Positions 1 to 10,506 of a stretch of 64,000 bases of DNA are shown here, piece after piece. The stretch covers positions 125,552,001 to 125,616,000 of the forward strand of contig CM059431.1 of the NCBI GenBank assembly GCA_030390025.1, in the 5' to 3' direction. The notes beneath the pieces were generated by a model. It saw only the letters and a list, made by a program, of their open reading frames with translations. It did not search any database and was not told the DNA's origin. This DNA comes from Squalus acanthias (taxonomy: Eukaryota). Position 1 is the first letter of the stretch. Every line of letters begins with the position of its first letter. Made by a program: the position numbers and the translations under genes.

Positions 1-609
1 TCGGGTCATGGGGTCCCCATCTACGCTGACCTCAAACCCGACCACCCTCCCACAATCGTGCTTGTGGGTTGCAAACGCGTGCATATTATCTGACACGTAC
101 GTTTGCATGTCCGTTGGGACATCTGCGACCATAAGCCTGAGGTCGTAGCCTCCGGATGGCTGTACGGTACACAGGACCCCCGTTTCTTCCTCTCCTTGAA
201 TTACCATTACCTCGCCTTTTTCACCTTTAGCCCCCCAGAGACAGTGATTTCTGAGGTCCACGAGGATCCCGTGTCCCGCTAGGAGATCGGACCCGAGAAT
301 ACCTCTTCCACCCCCCTTTTGCCATGCCATCAGTATACACTTCCACTTAAGGCGAAGTGTTCCTAAACGAATGGATAGCGGGAGGGAAAACGTGCCAGCC
401 TGTTCTTTCCCTGTGAACCCTGCTAGCGTGAATGGGACCTTGGTAGATAGCGGCGAGTCAAAAGGGTCATCTGTATGGATTATGGTGCAAGACGCTCCCG
501 TGTCCAACAAATAACTGCCCTTCTGTTTCTCTACCTCCATCTCCACCACAGGTCGCCTCCACGCATCATAGCTGAGCGGACACAGGTAGACGGGCTGTGC
601 TGGTTCTAG
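1..609 (-). CDS. pol: pro/pol N-terminal region (aspartic protease, start of RT region), in frame with gag, partial; not in the supplied ORF track
   Basis: Manual translation gives 203 open codons: LEPAQPVYLCPLSYDAWRRPVVEMEVEKQKGSYLLDTGASCTII...GILGSDLL...FATHKHDCGRVV; catalytic DTG at 496-504 and ILGxDLL motif. Confidence 0.93.
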
Positions 610-612
610 TCA
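606..612 (-). promoter_or_regulatory. Stop-codon readthrough signal UGA-CUAG at the gag/pol junction
   Basis: ...GCC CCA TGA CTA GAA...; pol continues in the same frame; UGA-CUA(G) is an established leaky-stop context. Confidence 0.8.
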
Positions 613-2421
613 TGGGGCACTATTAGACGGTCCTGCGGCACCTACGGGGCCGGTTGCGACCGCCACCTGTCCACGCGCATTCAAAACCATCTTGCGCATG
701 GCTCCTAACACTGCTTCGAGGTCGTCGGGGGAGGTGGGTGCCTTTGCTTCCTTAGGCGGGACAGGCGCCTGGGCTCGGACCGCGGGATTTTTATCCTTGG
801 AATCCTTCCAAGGGTTCCTGCAGTGCTTGCGCCAGTGCCCTGTCTTCCCACACCCGTAACAGGCATTACTTGCCTGTGGGGCGCGATTACCCTCCTGATG
901 CCACTCTCTTTGAGCTGGGGCTGCGGGTCGTACCTCATGTACTCTTCCCTTAAAGGGACGTGTCGTCATACCCCTTATGTTACGGTAACCTAACGTGAGT
1001 CGATTCAAGACCGACTCTTCCGTAAGGTTGAGGTCATTGGGATCGAACCAGGCCTTTGCCTGCTCTCTAACGGCTGGTAAACTGTTGGCTATTATGCACC
1101 TAAGCCAATGAATTAAAGCGGCGCCTTCCACATCTTCGCGCTCGGGCGCACCTAGACAGCTGCGCTCATATACTGGCCACAGCCTGTCGGCAAAAACCTT
1201 CGGGGGTTCTCCCTCCATCTGCACTGTCTGTCCCACTCTAGCAAACGGACCTCCGTCGTTCGCTCCCACTACTTCTAGGACCTCATTTTTCAATTCCTCA
1301 TAACTTTTATTTTCCCTCTTGCTCTCGCCTGAGAGACACTGAAGGACCGAGCTGTCTAACGAGAACAGCAGCATTTTTGCTGTCTCCCCATCATCGCAGC
1401 CGTTGATGGCTGCGGCTTGCTCAACTTCCCTGAAATGGACGGAAGGGTCGTCTACCTCGGTCAGCTTCCTTACGTGGTTTATCATGGCTCTCAGCTGATG
1501 TGAACTGTGAGGCAACACCAGCTGTCCGAGGAGATCCCCCGGTTCTTCCCCACCGTTTCTGCTTGGGCCCCTTTTAACCCCCGTTACTGGATACAACGAT
1601 CCCTTTTCTACTTCCTTTTCAACGGGCTCTTTTGTTTCTTCCGTTGCTTCCTCCCTAACCCAGGTTTCTGAATAGCTGGGTGGCGCGGAGGGCGCAGTGG
1701 CTACTACTTCTTCTGCTTTACTTGGTGGGGAATTTCTAAATCTCTCATTTACTAGCGGCTGGCGCGCCGACGGATTGATAAGGCACACCATGCCGTTCGC
1801 ATTATTCACGGCCTTTTTGAGGCTCTCTATCTCTTTTTGGCAGGCGCTATGGTCGGCTCCCTGAAACTTATCCTCAAGGGCCAACTTATACGCCGACCTA
1901 ACCCCCATTAAGCTCTCTTCCTGAGTTCTTATCTGGGCAGCTTGGCGGTTACATCTTTCCTTCATCCTACTCTCGTTCAATTTTGCTTCAGTGATCTGGC
2001 ACTCGAGATACTCTACCCTTGTTTTAAGGTAACTGGAGACTTCCTGGCTTTCCTGGCGTAACTCATTTAAATTCTTAATGAGCACCTCCCCTCCAGAAAC
2101 CTTCTCCTCCATTTCCTCCTCTAAATGCCTGATTCGAGCTGTTAGCGCTGTATTGGTCTGGTTTGAAATCTGAACCTGCCTTTTGTAGCACATAAGCCAG
2201 ACTGCTTTCTCAACTGCCTTTTTATGCTCCTTACTATCAGTCCACCTTTCAGCTGCCTCTAGTGGGCTCTTATCCGCTAACAACTCACTTATCCACTTTT
2301 TAGTTAGATTAACCTTTCCAAACACATAATCCGCTATCTTTTCCTGCATAACATTTCGTACAGTCATTCCAAAATCTAACACACTACCCTCTCGCTGCCA
2401 GTGTCCTGCCGCGGTCGCCAT
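610..2421 (-). CDS. gag: Gag polyprotein, 603 aa
   Basis: Lies between PBS and protease; CYGCGKTGHWRKHC knuckle at 820-861; N-terminal E/K/Q-rich coiled-coil-like region; PSAPPSY motif at 1672-1692. Confidence 0.92.
   Translation of the reverse strand: MATAAGHWQREGSVLDFGMTVRNVMQEKIADYVFGKVNLTKKWISELLADKSPLEAAERWTDSKEHKKAVEKAVWLMCYKRQVQISNQTNTALTARIRHLEEEMEEKVSGGEVLIKNLNELRQESQEVSSYLKTRVEYLECQITEAKLNESRMKERCNRQAAQIRTQEESLMGVRSAYKLALEDKFQGADHSACQKEIESLKKAVNNANGMVCLINPSARQPLVNERFRNSPPSKAEEVVATAPSAPPSYSETWVREEATEETKEPVEKEVEKGSLYPVTGVKRGPSRNGGEEPGDLLGQLVLPHSSHQLRAMINHVRKLTEVDDPSVHFREVEQAAAINGCDDGETAKMLLFSLDSSVLQCLSGESKRENKSYEELKNEVLEVVGANDGGPFARVGQTVQMEGEPPKVFADRLWPVYERSCLGAPEREDVEGAALIHWLRCIIANSLPAVREQAKAWFDPNDLNLTEESVLNRLTLGYRNIRGMTTRPFKGRVHEVRPAAPAQREWHQEGNRAPQASNACYGCGKTGHWRKHCRNPWKDSKDKNPAVRAQAPVPPKEAKAPTSPDDLEAVLGAMRKMVLNARGQVAVATGPVGAAGPSNSAP
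2403..2420 (-). promoter_or_regulatory. Primer-binding site, tRNA-Arg(TCG)
   Basis: TGGCGACCGCGGCAGGAC is complementary to the 3' 18 nt (GTCCTGCCGCGGTCG-CCA) of vertebrate tRNA-Arg-TCG as I recall it; 5 nt from the LTR end. Confidence 0.88.
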
Positions 2422-2425
2422 TTTC

Positions 2426-4149
2426 TGTAAGGGATTCTCCTGACCCTGCGTGTCTCGTAGCCTGTGAGATTCACGCGGCTCTGTGCAGCCTGTATGTCAG
2501 TGCGGGTCTAGGCCTGGTTGCCTGTTCTGGTCTCCAGCCAGTCTGGGAACACTAGACACACCTGTGAGTGGTTCGAATCACTCTCCCTTACGGTTCTAGA
2601 CACTGGACTTAGATGCGAGAGCAGTAATGGAGATAAAACTCATGTAGACTTGGTTTGAATGGTACGAAATGGAAAATCTTTATTGCATGATACTTAAAAT
2701 TATGAAATACATGTCATACGCACAGATTAATGACAGTACAATCTTACAAACGGTTATAATCAATCTTAGGGAAACGAGGAACGAACGGCACAACGTGAAT
2801 AGGGCACACATTACAAATATCCTTAATCTTTACACCCTCCCCTATCAATATCTATCCTAAACTAGCTTCGTAGGATCTCGAGACTCATGCTCACCACTCG
2901 TAATAACTCGGAGAAATCCCGAATAGCTGATCGGATGTTTTTCACCGCAGCACCCACGTGTCGGTCAGGAGATCTCCTGGTCCCACTTGTTTACTGGCTT
3001 CTGCTGCTCGGGCTAGTAGGCTGGACCGTCTGCTGTAGTGAAGACCTCTGTTGGTTGACTTCACAGTTTAGTCGAGGAGCACCGTTGTCAATATCACTGA
3101 TACGATGTGTTTGCACAGTCCAGTTATCATTGATGCAATATGTTTTGTTAGAAGTTTAAAGAAGAAAACTTCCTGTCGAGAAGACTTGGCTGATCGACCT
3201 ACAGGCGCGGTCGGGATTTACTGACCGTGGCGATGGATATGGTCTTCTTCTCTTCTCCTCTCATCTCATCTCATCTCATCTCATCTCGGGCCTTTGGTTC
3301 CGCTGCCAGTTACCAACATAGGTCTTCGTTACGCGACACGAGGTAGATCCGAACGGATCAGAAAGTTCAACAGTCTTTTCAGAAGAGGCAACAGGCACGC
3401 AGAAGCCTAACTACGAGCACACAGGAGCAGCCACGAGGTTACGAATCGACCGGATAAAACACAGGAGCAGCCACGATGATAAAAGCAGCAAGCGAGCAAG
3501 AGCGGCAAGAGCAAGAGAGCGAATGGACGGTTTGGGGCCTGCAATTATAGTGCAAAAATCTTCCGTTTCCCGCCCAACTATAATGTCCATTCTTTTGTTT
3601 AGGGTTTGGCGCCCAAATGTCTTGTATGGGTGATCTCCGTCCTTAATGGGTTTCGGGGCTACTCATGAATGTTTGAGTACCTGTTAATATTTCTCCCATT
3701 GTTAAATCGGTCGGTGTTCTCCCTGGAGGGGTTTGGGGCTTCCAAGTGTCCTGTATAACTACCTGCTAACGGCTCTCTCATCGTAGAGCCGTTGGGAGTT
3801 TACATATTAATGTCCTTTGGATGGGCCCTTAAGTACTTGGTACAATGGCTTTCCTTTGCACCTGGGAGACCGATTCCAGTATCTATGTTTATACTGCAAA
3901 CCCATAATGTCTCGGGTATTATCTTCACTGTGCTGAATCGTTATCGATCTTGCAAAAATGTTTAATGGAACGCCATCTTGTCTGCCTGTTGAAAAGTCTA
4001 GAATGTTCTGTCACGAGGTGCGGCGGCCATTTTACAGGCTGCTTGTGTCCAATTTAAACCTGACAGCATTCTGCTGAAATAAAAGCTGTTTGAACGAAAC
4101 TTTGTGTTTTCTCCTTATTAATCAAATCGCGATAATTGCGAATTCTACA
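2426..4149 (-). repeat. 5' LTR (1724 bp)
   Basis: Minus strand TGTAGAATTCGC...CCCTTACA; ends defined by homology to solo LTRs at 25764 and 49743; TATAA 3545-3549, AATAAA 2679-2684. Confidence 0.92.
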
Positions 4150-4354
4150 GACTGTGCCATTGCATTGCCATGTTGAAGGTTGTGCATATGTGAGCTTGTT
4201 ACATCCATAACATCTAACATTATGATGCCAGCCCATAGATGCACTGAATTAATTCAGCCTATATACTGACCTGGTCCAGGAGCTCTGGGAAAATCTGAAG
4301 GAAAATCAGGAAAACCTGGGTCTCCATTGTCCTTGGACTTACAGAAATCAGGCA

Positions 4355-4790
4355 GGAAAGAAAGATTTTGCATTTATATCACACCTTATCATGTCTCTTA
4401 GGACATTCCAGAGTGCTTTATATATAATTAATTATTTGAAGTGCACTGATCATTGTTTTGTCAGCAAACACAGCAGCCATTTTACACACAGCAATATTCT
4501 ACATATAGTAATGCGATGAATGACCAAATAATCTTTTTCGTTCAGGGAACCAGGATGCCCCAGATACTTGCAAAAGTCCATCCAACAACTTTGACTAGTA
4601 CCATTTGATTTTTAACATCCGCCAAAATAGGCAGATAGCCCTCATCTGGAGGCAACACCTCTGACAATGCCATTCATCCCCAGTACCACACTGAAGTGTC
4701 ACCCTAGATTTTGTGCTCAAGAATTGGAGTTAACCTTGAACTCATGACCTTCAGAGGTAAGAGTGCTACCAACTGAGCCAAGGTGACATT
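4355..4790 (-). mobile_element. Degraded Deu-domain SINE (SacSINE1-like)
   Basis: tRNA-like head (TGGCTCAGTTGG A box) near 4785 and L2-type tail (...GCATTTATAT on +); similar to copies near 9960, 19300 and 46950. Confidence 0.55.
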
Positions 4791-4840
4791 ATGTATGTTT
4801 ATCGTTGGTAGTGCAACATTGGGGAGTTGGCAGAATTAAT

Positions 4841-5479
4841 GGCCCTGAATTTGTGGTCGGAGGAAATGCCTCCGATCCGCAAATAAAATGCTCGCCTACC
4901 TGGTGGTCCGGGAGGTACGGAGACTTGCAGTCCTGGGCCTCTCCGGGTACCCGCGAGTAGAGGCCCACGTATCCCAGGGGTGCAGGCGGTTCGCAAGCGC
5001 CCCTGGATCCCGTGGGTCGGACCAACGAATAAAAGAAGGTATGGCCGGAAACCCCATAAGCATGAATGGACTACCTCAAAAAATACAGCTATACATCAAA
5101 TAATGTTTTTTTTAATTACATATTTAAAATTAATTAAAATGGCATTTAATTAAATATTTAAAACAAAAACTTTTTTTCAAAAATAAATTTAAATGTTTTA
5201 AAGGGGTTAAAAATAAACTTACCTATTGTACAGGTTTTTTAATGTATAAATGATTGATAAAGATTTATTTTTATGTTGTTTTAAACTCTTACGCTGGTAA
5301 AAGCAGGCCTAAGAATTTCAGGGGCATTCGCTGGGCAGAAGCTGAGCAAATAACTCAACTCTCCACCCACAGATGCCCTTTTCCCGGGGATGTGTTGGAT
5401 GCCTAAACTGGAATTTGTGCAGCCCTTATGGGTGCATGCACACCTTGTATGCACCCGCAGGGGTCGCAAATTATGGCCC
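4841..5479. mobile_element. Harbinger-type MITE
   Basis: Imperfect TIRs GGCCCTGAATTTGTGG / GGGCCATAATTTGCGA; GC-rich ends and AT-rich core shared with 21634-22410 and 45594-46356. Confidence 0.65.
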
Positions 5480-5661
5480 ATTACAATGTAACAGCACCCT
5501 TTGCTCCAGTAGCCACCATTTCATTATTTGGGCAAGTTTACAAAAGCAAAACCTACTAATGTCACATTGTTGGGACTGATGATATTGTGAGCTACACATA
5601 TTACTACACTATGGTGAGAGTAAAATGTACTTCAAAATTTGTAATATATAATATTGACACA

Positions 5662-8600
5662 GGGGTACAGTAGCATAGTGGTTATGTTTCTGGACTTGTA
5701 ATCCAGAGGCCTGAACTAATGATCCAGAGAGGTAAATTCAAATCCCACCACGGCAGCTGGGGAATTTAGATTCAGTTAGTTAAATAAATCTGGAATAAAA
5801 ATTTAGCATCCGTAATGGTGACCATAAAACTATCGGATTGTTGTAAAAACCCATCTGGTTCACTAATATCCTTTAGGGAAGGAAATCTGCCATCCTTTAC
5901 CTAATCTGGCTCCAGACCCAAAGCAATGTGATTGACTCTTCTTAACTGCCCCTTTAAATGGCCAGCAAGCCACTCCGATGTACCAAACCGCTACGGAAAA
6001 CAATAATAAAAATAAAACTGGACGGACCAACCGGCACCAAGCTCGGCAGCGGCTTCGGGCACGACAAAGGCACACCAAGTCCAGTCAACCCTGCAAAGTC
6101 CTCCTCACTAACATCTGGGGACTTGTGCCAAAATTGGGAGAGATGTCCCACAGACTAACCAAGCAACAGCCTGACACAGTCAAACTCATAGAATCATACC
6201 TTTCAGCCGATATCCAGGCTCCTCCATCACCATCCCTGGGTATGTCCTGTCCCACATGTAGGACAGACCCACCAGAGGAGGCGGCACAGTGGTATGCAGT
6301 CGGGAGGGAGTGGCCCTGGGAGTTCTCAACAATGACTCCGGACCCCATGAAGTCTCATGGCTTCAGGTCAAGCATGGGCAAGGAAACCTCCTGCTGATTA
6401 CCACCTACCACCCTCCCTCAGCTGATGAATCAGTATTCCTCCATGTTGAACACCACTTGGAAGAGGGCACAGAATGCATTCTGGGTGGGGGACTTCAATG
6501 TCCATTACCAAGAGTGGTTCGGGAGCACCACTACTGACCGAGCTGGCCGAGTCCTGAAGGACATAGCTGCCAGACTGGGCCGATGTCCTTCAGGTGGTGA
6601 GAGAACCAACATGAGGGGAAAAACGTACTTGACCTCATCCTCACCAATCTACCTGTCACTGGTGCATCTGCCCATGACAGTATTGGTAGCAGTGGCTACT
6701 GCACAGTCCTTGTGGAGACGAAGTTCCGTCTTCATACTGAGGACACCCTCCATCGTGTTGTGTGGCACTACCACCGTGCTAAATGGGATCAATTCAGAAC
6801 AGATCTAGCAGCTCAAAACTGGGCATCCATGAGGCACTGTGGGCCATCAGCAGCAGCAGAATAGTATTCCACCACAATCTGTAACCTCGTGGTCTGGCAT
6901 ATCCCTCACTCTACCATTACCATCAAGCCAGGGGACCAACCCTGGTTCAATGAGGAGTGTTGAGCATGCCAGGAGCAGCACCAGATGTACCTAAAAATGA
7001 GGTGCCAACCTGGGGATGCTGCAACACAGGACTACATGCATGCTAAACATCAGAAGCAGCATGCTATAGACAGGGCTAAGCGATTCCACAACCAATGGAT
7101 CAGATCAAAGCTCTGCAGTCCTGCCACATCCAGTCATGAATGGTGGTGAACAATTAAACAACTAATGGGAAGAGGAGGCTCCATGATTATCCCTATCCTC
7201 GATGATGGCAAAGCCCAGCACTCGAATGCAAAGGACAATGCTGAAGCGTTTGCAACCATCTTCAGCCAGAAGTGCTGAGTCGATGAACCATCTCGGCCAC
7301 CTCCTGAGGATCCCATCATAGAAGCCAGTCTTCAGACTATTCGATTCACACCACATGATGTCAAGAAACGGCTGAGCGCACTGGATACAGCAAAGGCTAT
7401 GGGCCCCAACAACATCCCTGCTGTCGTGCTGAAGACTTCTGCTCCAGAACTAGCCGCGCCTCTAGCCAAGCAGTTCCAGTACAGTGACAACACTGGCACC
7501 TACCCGACAATGTGGAAAATTACCTAGGTATGCCTTGTCCACAAAAAGCAGGACAAATCCAATCCGGTCAATTACCACCCCACCAGTCTACATTCAATCC
7601 TCAGCAAAGTGATGGAAGGTGTCATCGACAGTGCTATCAAGCCCCACTTACTAACCAGTAACCTGCTCACGGATGCTCAGTTTGGGTTCCACCAGGACCA
7701 CTCGGCTCCAGACCTCATTACAGCCTTGGTCCAAGCATGGACAAAAGAGCTGAACTCCAGAGGTGAGGTGAGAGTGACTGCCCTTGACATCAAGGCAGTA
7801 TTTGATCGAGTGTGGCATCAAGGAGCCCAAGTAAAATTGAAGCCAATGGGAATTAGGGGGAAAACTCTGCACTGGCTGGAGTCATCGAGCACAAAGGAAG
7901 ATGGTTGAGGTTGTTGGAGGCCAATCATCACAGTCCCAGGACATTGCTGCTGGAGTTCCTCAGGGCAGTGTCCTAGGCCCAACCATCTTCAGCTGCTTCA
8001 TCTATGACCTTCCCTCCATCATAAAGTCAAATGTGGGGATGTTCGCTGATGATTGCACAGTGTTCAGTTCCATTCGCAACTCCTCAGATAATGAAGCAGT
8101 TCATGCCCGCATGCAGCAAGACCTGGACGACATTCAGGCTTGGGCTGATAAGTGGCAAGTAACATTTGTGCTACATAAGTGCCAGGCAATGACTATCTCC
8201 TTCAAGAGAGAGTCTAACCACCGCCCCTTGACATTCAATTGTATTACCATCACCAAATCCGGCACGATCAACATCTTGGAGGTCACCATTGACCAGAAAC
8301 TTAACTGGACCAGCCACATAAATTATGTGGCTACAAGAGCAGGTCAGAGGCTGGTTATTCTGCGGTGAGTGTCTCACCTCCTGACTCCCCAAAGCCTTTC
8401 CACCATCTACGAGACACCAGTCAGGAGTCTGATGAAATACTCTCCACTTGCCTGGATGAGTGCAGCTCCAACAACACTCAAGAAGCTCAACACCATCCAG
8501 GACAAAGCAGCCAGCCTACTTGATTGGCACCCCATCCATCACCTTAAACATTCACTCCCTCCACCACCGGCGTACTGTGGCTGCAGTGTGTACCATCTAC

Positions 8601-8950
8601 AAGATGCACTGCAGCAACTTGCCAAGGCTTCTTCGACAGCACCTCCCAAAACCGCAACCTCTACCACCTAGAAGGACAAGGACAGCAGGCACATGGGAAT
8701 ACCATCACCTCCATGTTCCCCTCCACGTCACACATCATCCTGACTTGAAAATATATTGACGTTCCTTCATTGTCACTGGGTCAAAATCCTAGAACTCCCT
8801 CCCTAACAACACTTATGGGAGTACCTTCAACACAGGGACTGCAGCGGTTCAAGAAGGTGGCTCACCACTACCTTCTCAAGGGCAATTAGGGATGGGCAAT
8901 AAATGCTGGCCTTGCCAGCAACGCCCACATCCCATGAATGAATAACAATA
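5662..8950 (+). mobile_element. Near full-length single-ORF (EN-RT) CR1/Jockey-group LINE with tRNA-derived 5' head, decayed
   Basis: EN motifs (TNIWGL, PDTVKLIESY, GDFNV), RT motifs (ALDIKAVFDRVWH, GVPQGSVLGP, FADD), multiple stops/frameshifts; A box at 5671-5681. Confidence 0.88.
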
Positions 8951-9981
8951 AAATTATAATATAAGTGTAGTATTTTCTATTTATTAAATAACATTTATGC
9001 AGAAGAATTCTGAATAATCTGCAGTATCAGATAAAGTACAATATTTTGCAGGCTTTCACTCGAGAAAAGGTGATAATTAAGGAAAAACAGAGTTTAAGCA
9101 ATTGCCTACTTTAATTCTCACTTTAACCACAACTGCCATTTCTGTCTGTCCAAGGAATCTCACCAGCAAAAGCTTGGGAAATGTACTATTATTTTGAAGC
9201 TGTATTTTGATATATACGATTTCCTGTAAAGTAATGTATGCTCACAATAAGTCAGAGAATATGCTGTTCTAAAGCAATATGATAATTCCTTTTAGCTACT
9301 GGACTTATGCCGTCATAAAATCTCACTCCTGTCTTTGAAAGTGACAAAGCATCGCATCAGTTCTCATTTAAGTTTAAAGTATCAAGCAAATTTATTTTAC
9401 AAGAGATGAATAAGAACATAAGAAACAGTCATATAATCTATATTAAAATCAGTAGGTGTCATTTTAAAGATAGATAAGCAACTCCTATGGGATTTTCCAA
9501 TATTAAAATGTCAAGAGTTAGCTATTACCATTCCCTGTCATGCCTGCAGGTGCCTTATTAATAGGATATCCATTTTAAACTGAGCAATGGGTATCACGGG
9601 TCCCTGTCACAAAGCAGGTCCAGCTGCACTTCCACATCTTCCAAATCCCTTATTACAGCTACACGTTCGCCAGCACAGCTAGCATTCCAAATGTTGTCTC
9701 CCTGCCTTGATAGAGGTAAGTTGAAAGGAATCCATACTCTTTACTATGTTTTTCCTGATATTGTAACTTTCGGCCCTTGGTCCAGCTTGCTGCTCTTCAC
9801 TGTGCCTCCAAGTTGCTTGGAACTTGGGACCTCTGGCCCTACTCGCCAGTCCCTGCTAATGACTGCTAACAGATCATTTAAAATGTTAATACGTCCAAAT
9901 TTAATTCTATGTCTTGCCTTCCACTGGTTTATCCCTCTTGTCTTGATGTCTCTTCATTAAGAAAGAACTTGGATTTATGAT

Positions 9982-10506
9982 GGCCCATATTTTGCATTAA
10001 CAGTAACGGTGAGGCTGTCAGGGCTCACCATTATTATGGAGTATATCGGATAGCAACTTCCAGAGTATGCACATGCGCAGTTAAATGCTGAAATTCGAAG
10101 TTGCAGTCCGAGTTACCCTGCTCCTCCACAGGCTGCGCTATAACAGAACCTCGGCGATAGACTCAACATTGAAATACATGTGTGAAGTTGGGTAATTACC
10201 CCCTAGTTACCCACTAAACATGCCAGAAAAAGTTAGGGGTGGAGACAGGAGGCAGTTTTTTTTTTGCCAATGGAAGCAATAGCTGTAAGGACCAATCTGA
10301 ATTCTTCAATCTGATTGGTTGAGGAGCGATGCTGTTTCTTGACCTGCTCACAGAAGCAACAGATGCCCTATTGAGGGCATCACACTAGATCAGATGCGCG
10401 ATTGGAGCAAGTCTCCGCTCAAAAGCCCGCAAAAACTTTGTGAGCAGCTGTCAGCATAGTGAACAGCAAGCGCTGTTCCTTCATCGCTGACCACAAAATC
10501 TAGGCC
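9982..10506. mobile_element. Harbinger-type MITE inserted in a Deu-SINE tail (SINE remnant ~9960-10690)
   Basis: TIRs GGCCCATATTTTG / GGCCTAGATTTTG; SINE tail sequence is split on either side. Confidence 0.6.

Larger units (their letters stand above)
1..4149 (-). mobile_element. 5' portion of an endogenous retrovirus-like LTR element (5' LTR-PBS-gag-pro/pol), continuing beyond the window start
   Basis: TG...CA LTR at 2426-4149, 18-nt tRNA PBS at 2403-2420, intact gag with CCHC knuckle, in-frame aspartic protease; no frameshifts seen. Confidence 0.95.

Noticed and set aside
610..612. Selenocysteine recoding of the gag TGA
   Set aside because: No SECIS can be seen, and the position exactly at the gag/pro boundary with CUAG context is better explained by ordinary readthrough
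2669..3159. Short ORFs inside the LTR as accessory genes
   Set aside because: Antisense to the element and not preserved as ORFs in the two sister LTRs
5662..5760. Genuine tRNA gene
   Set aside because: Duplicated anticodon arm, no proper acceptor stem, and always attached to the LINE UTR
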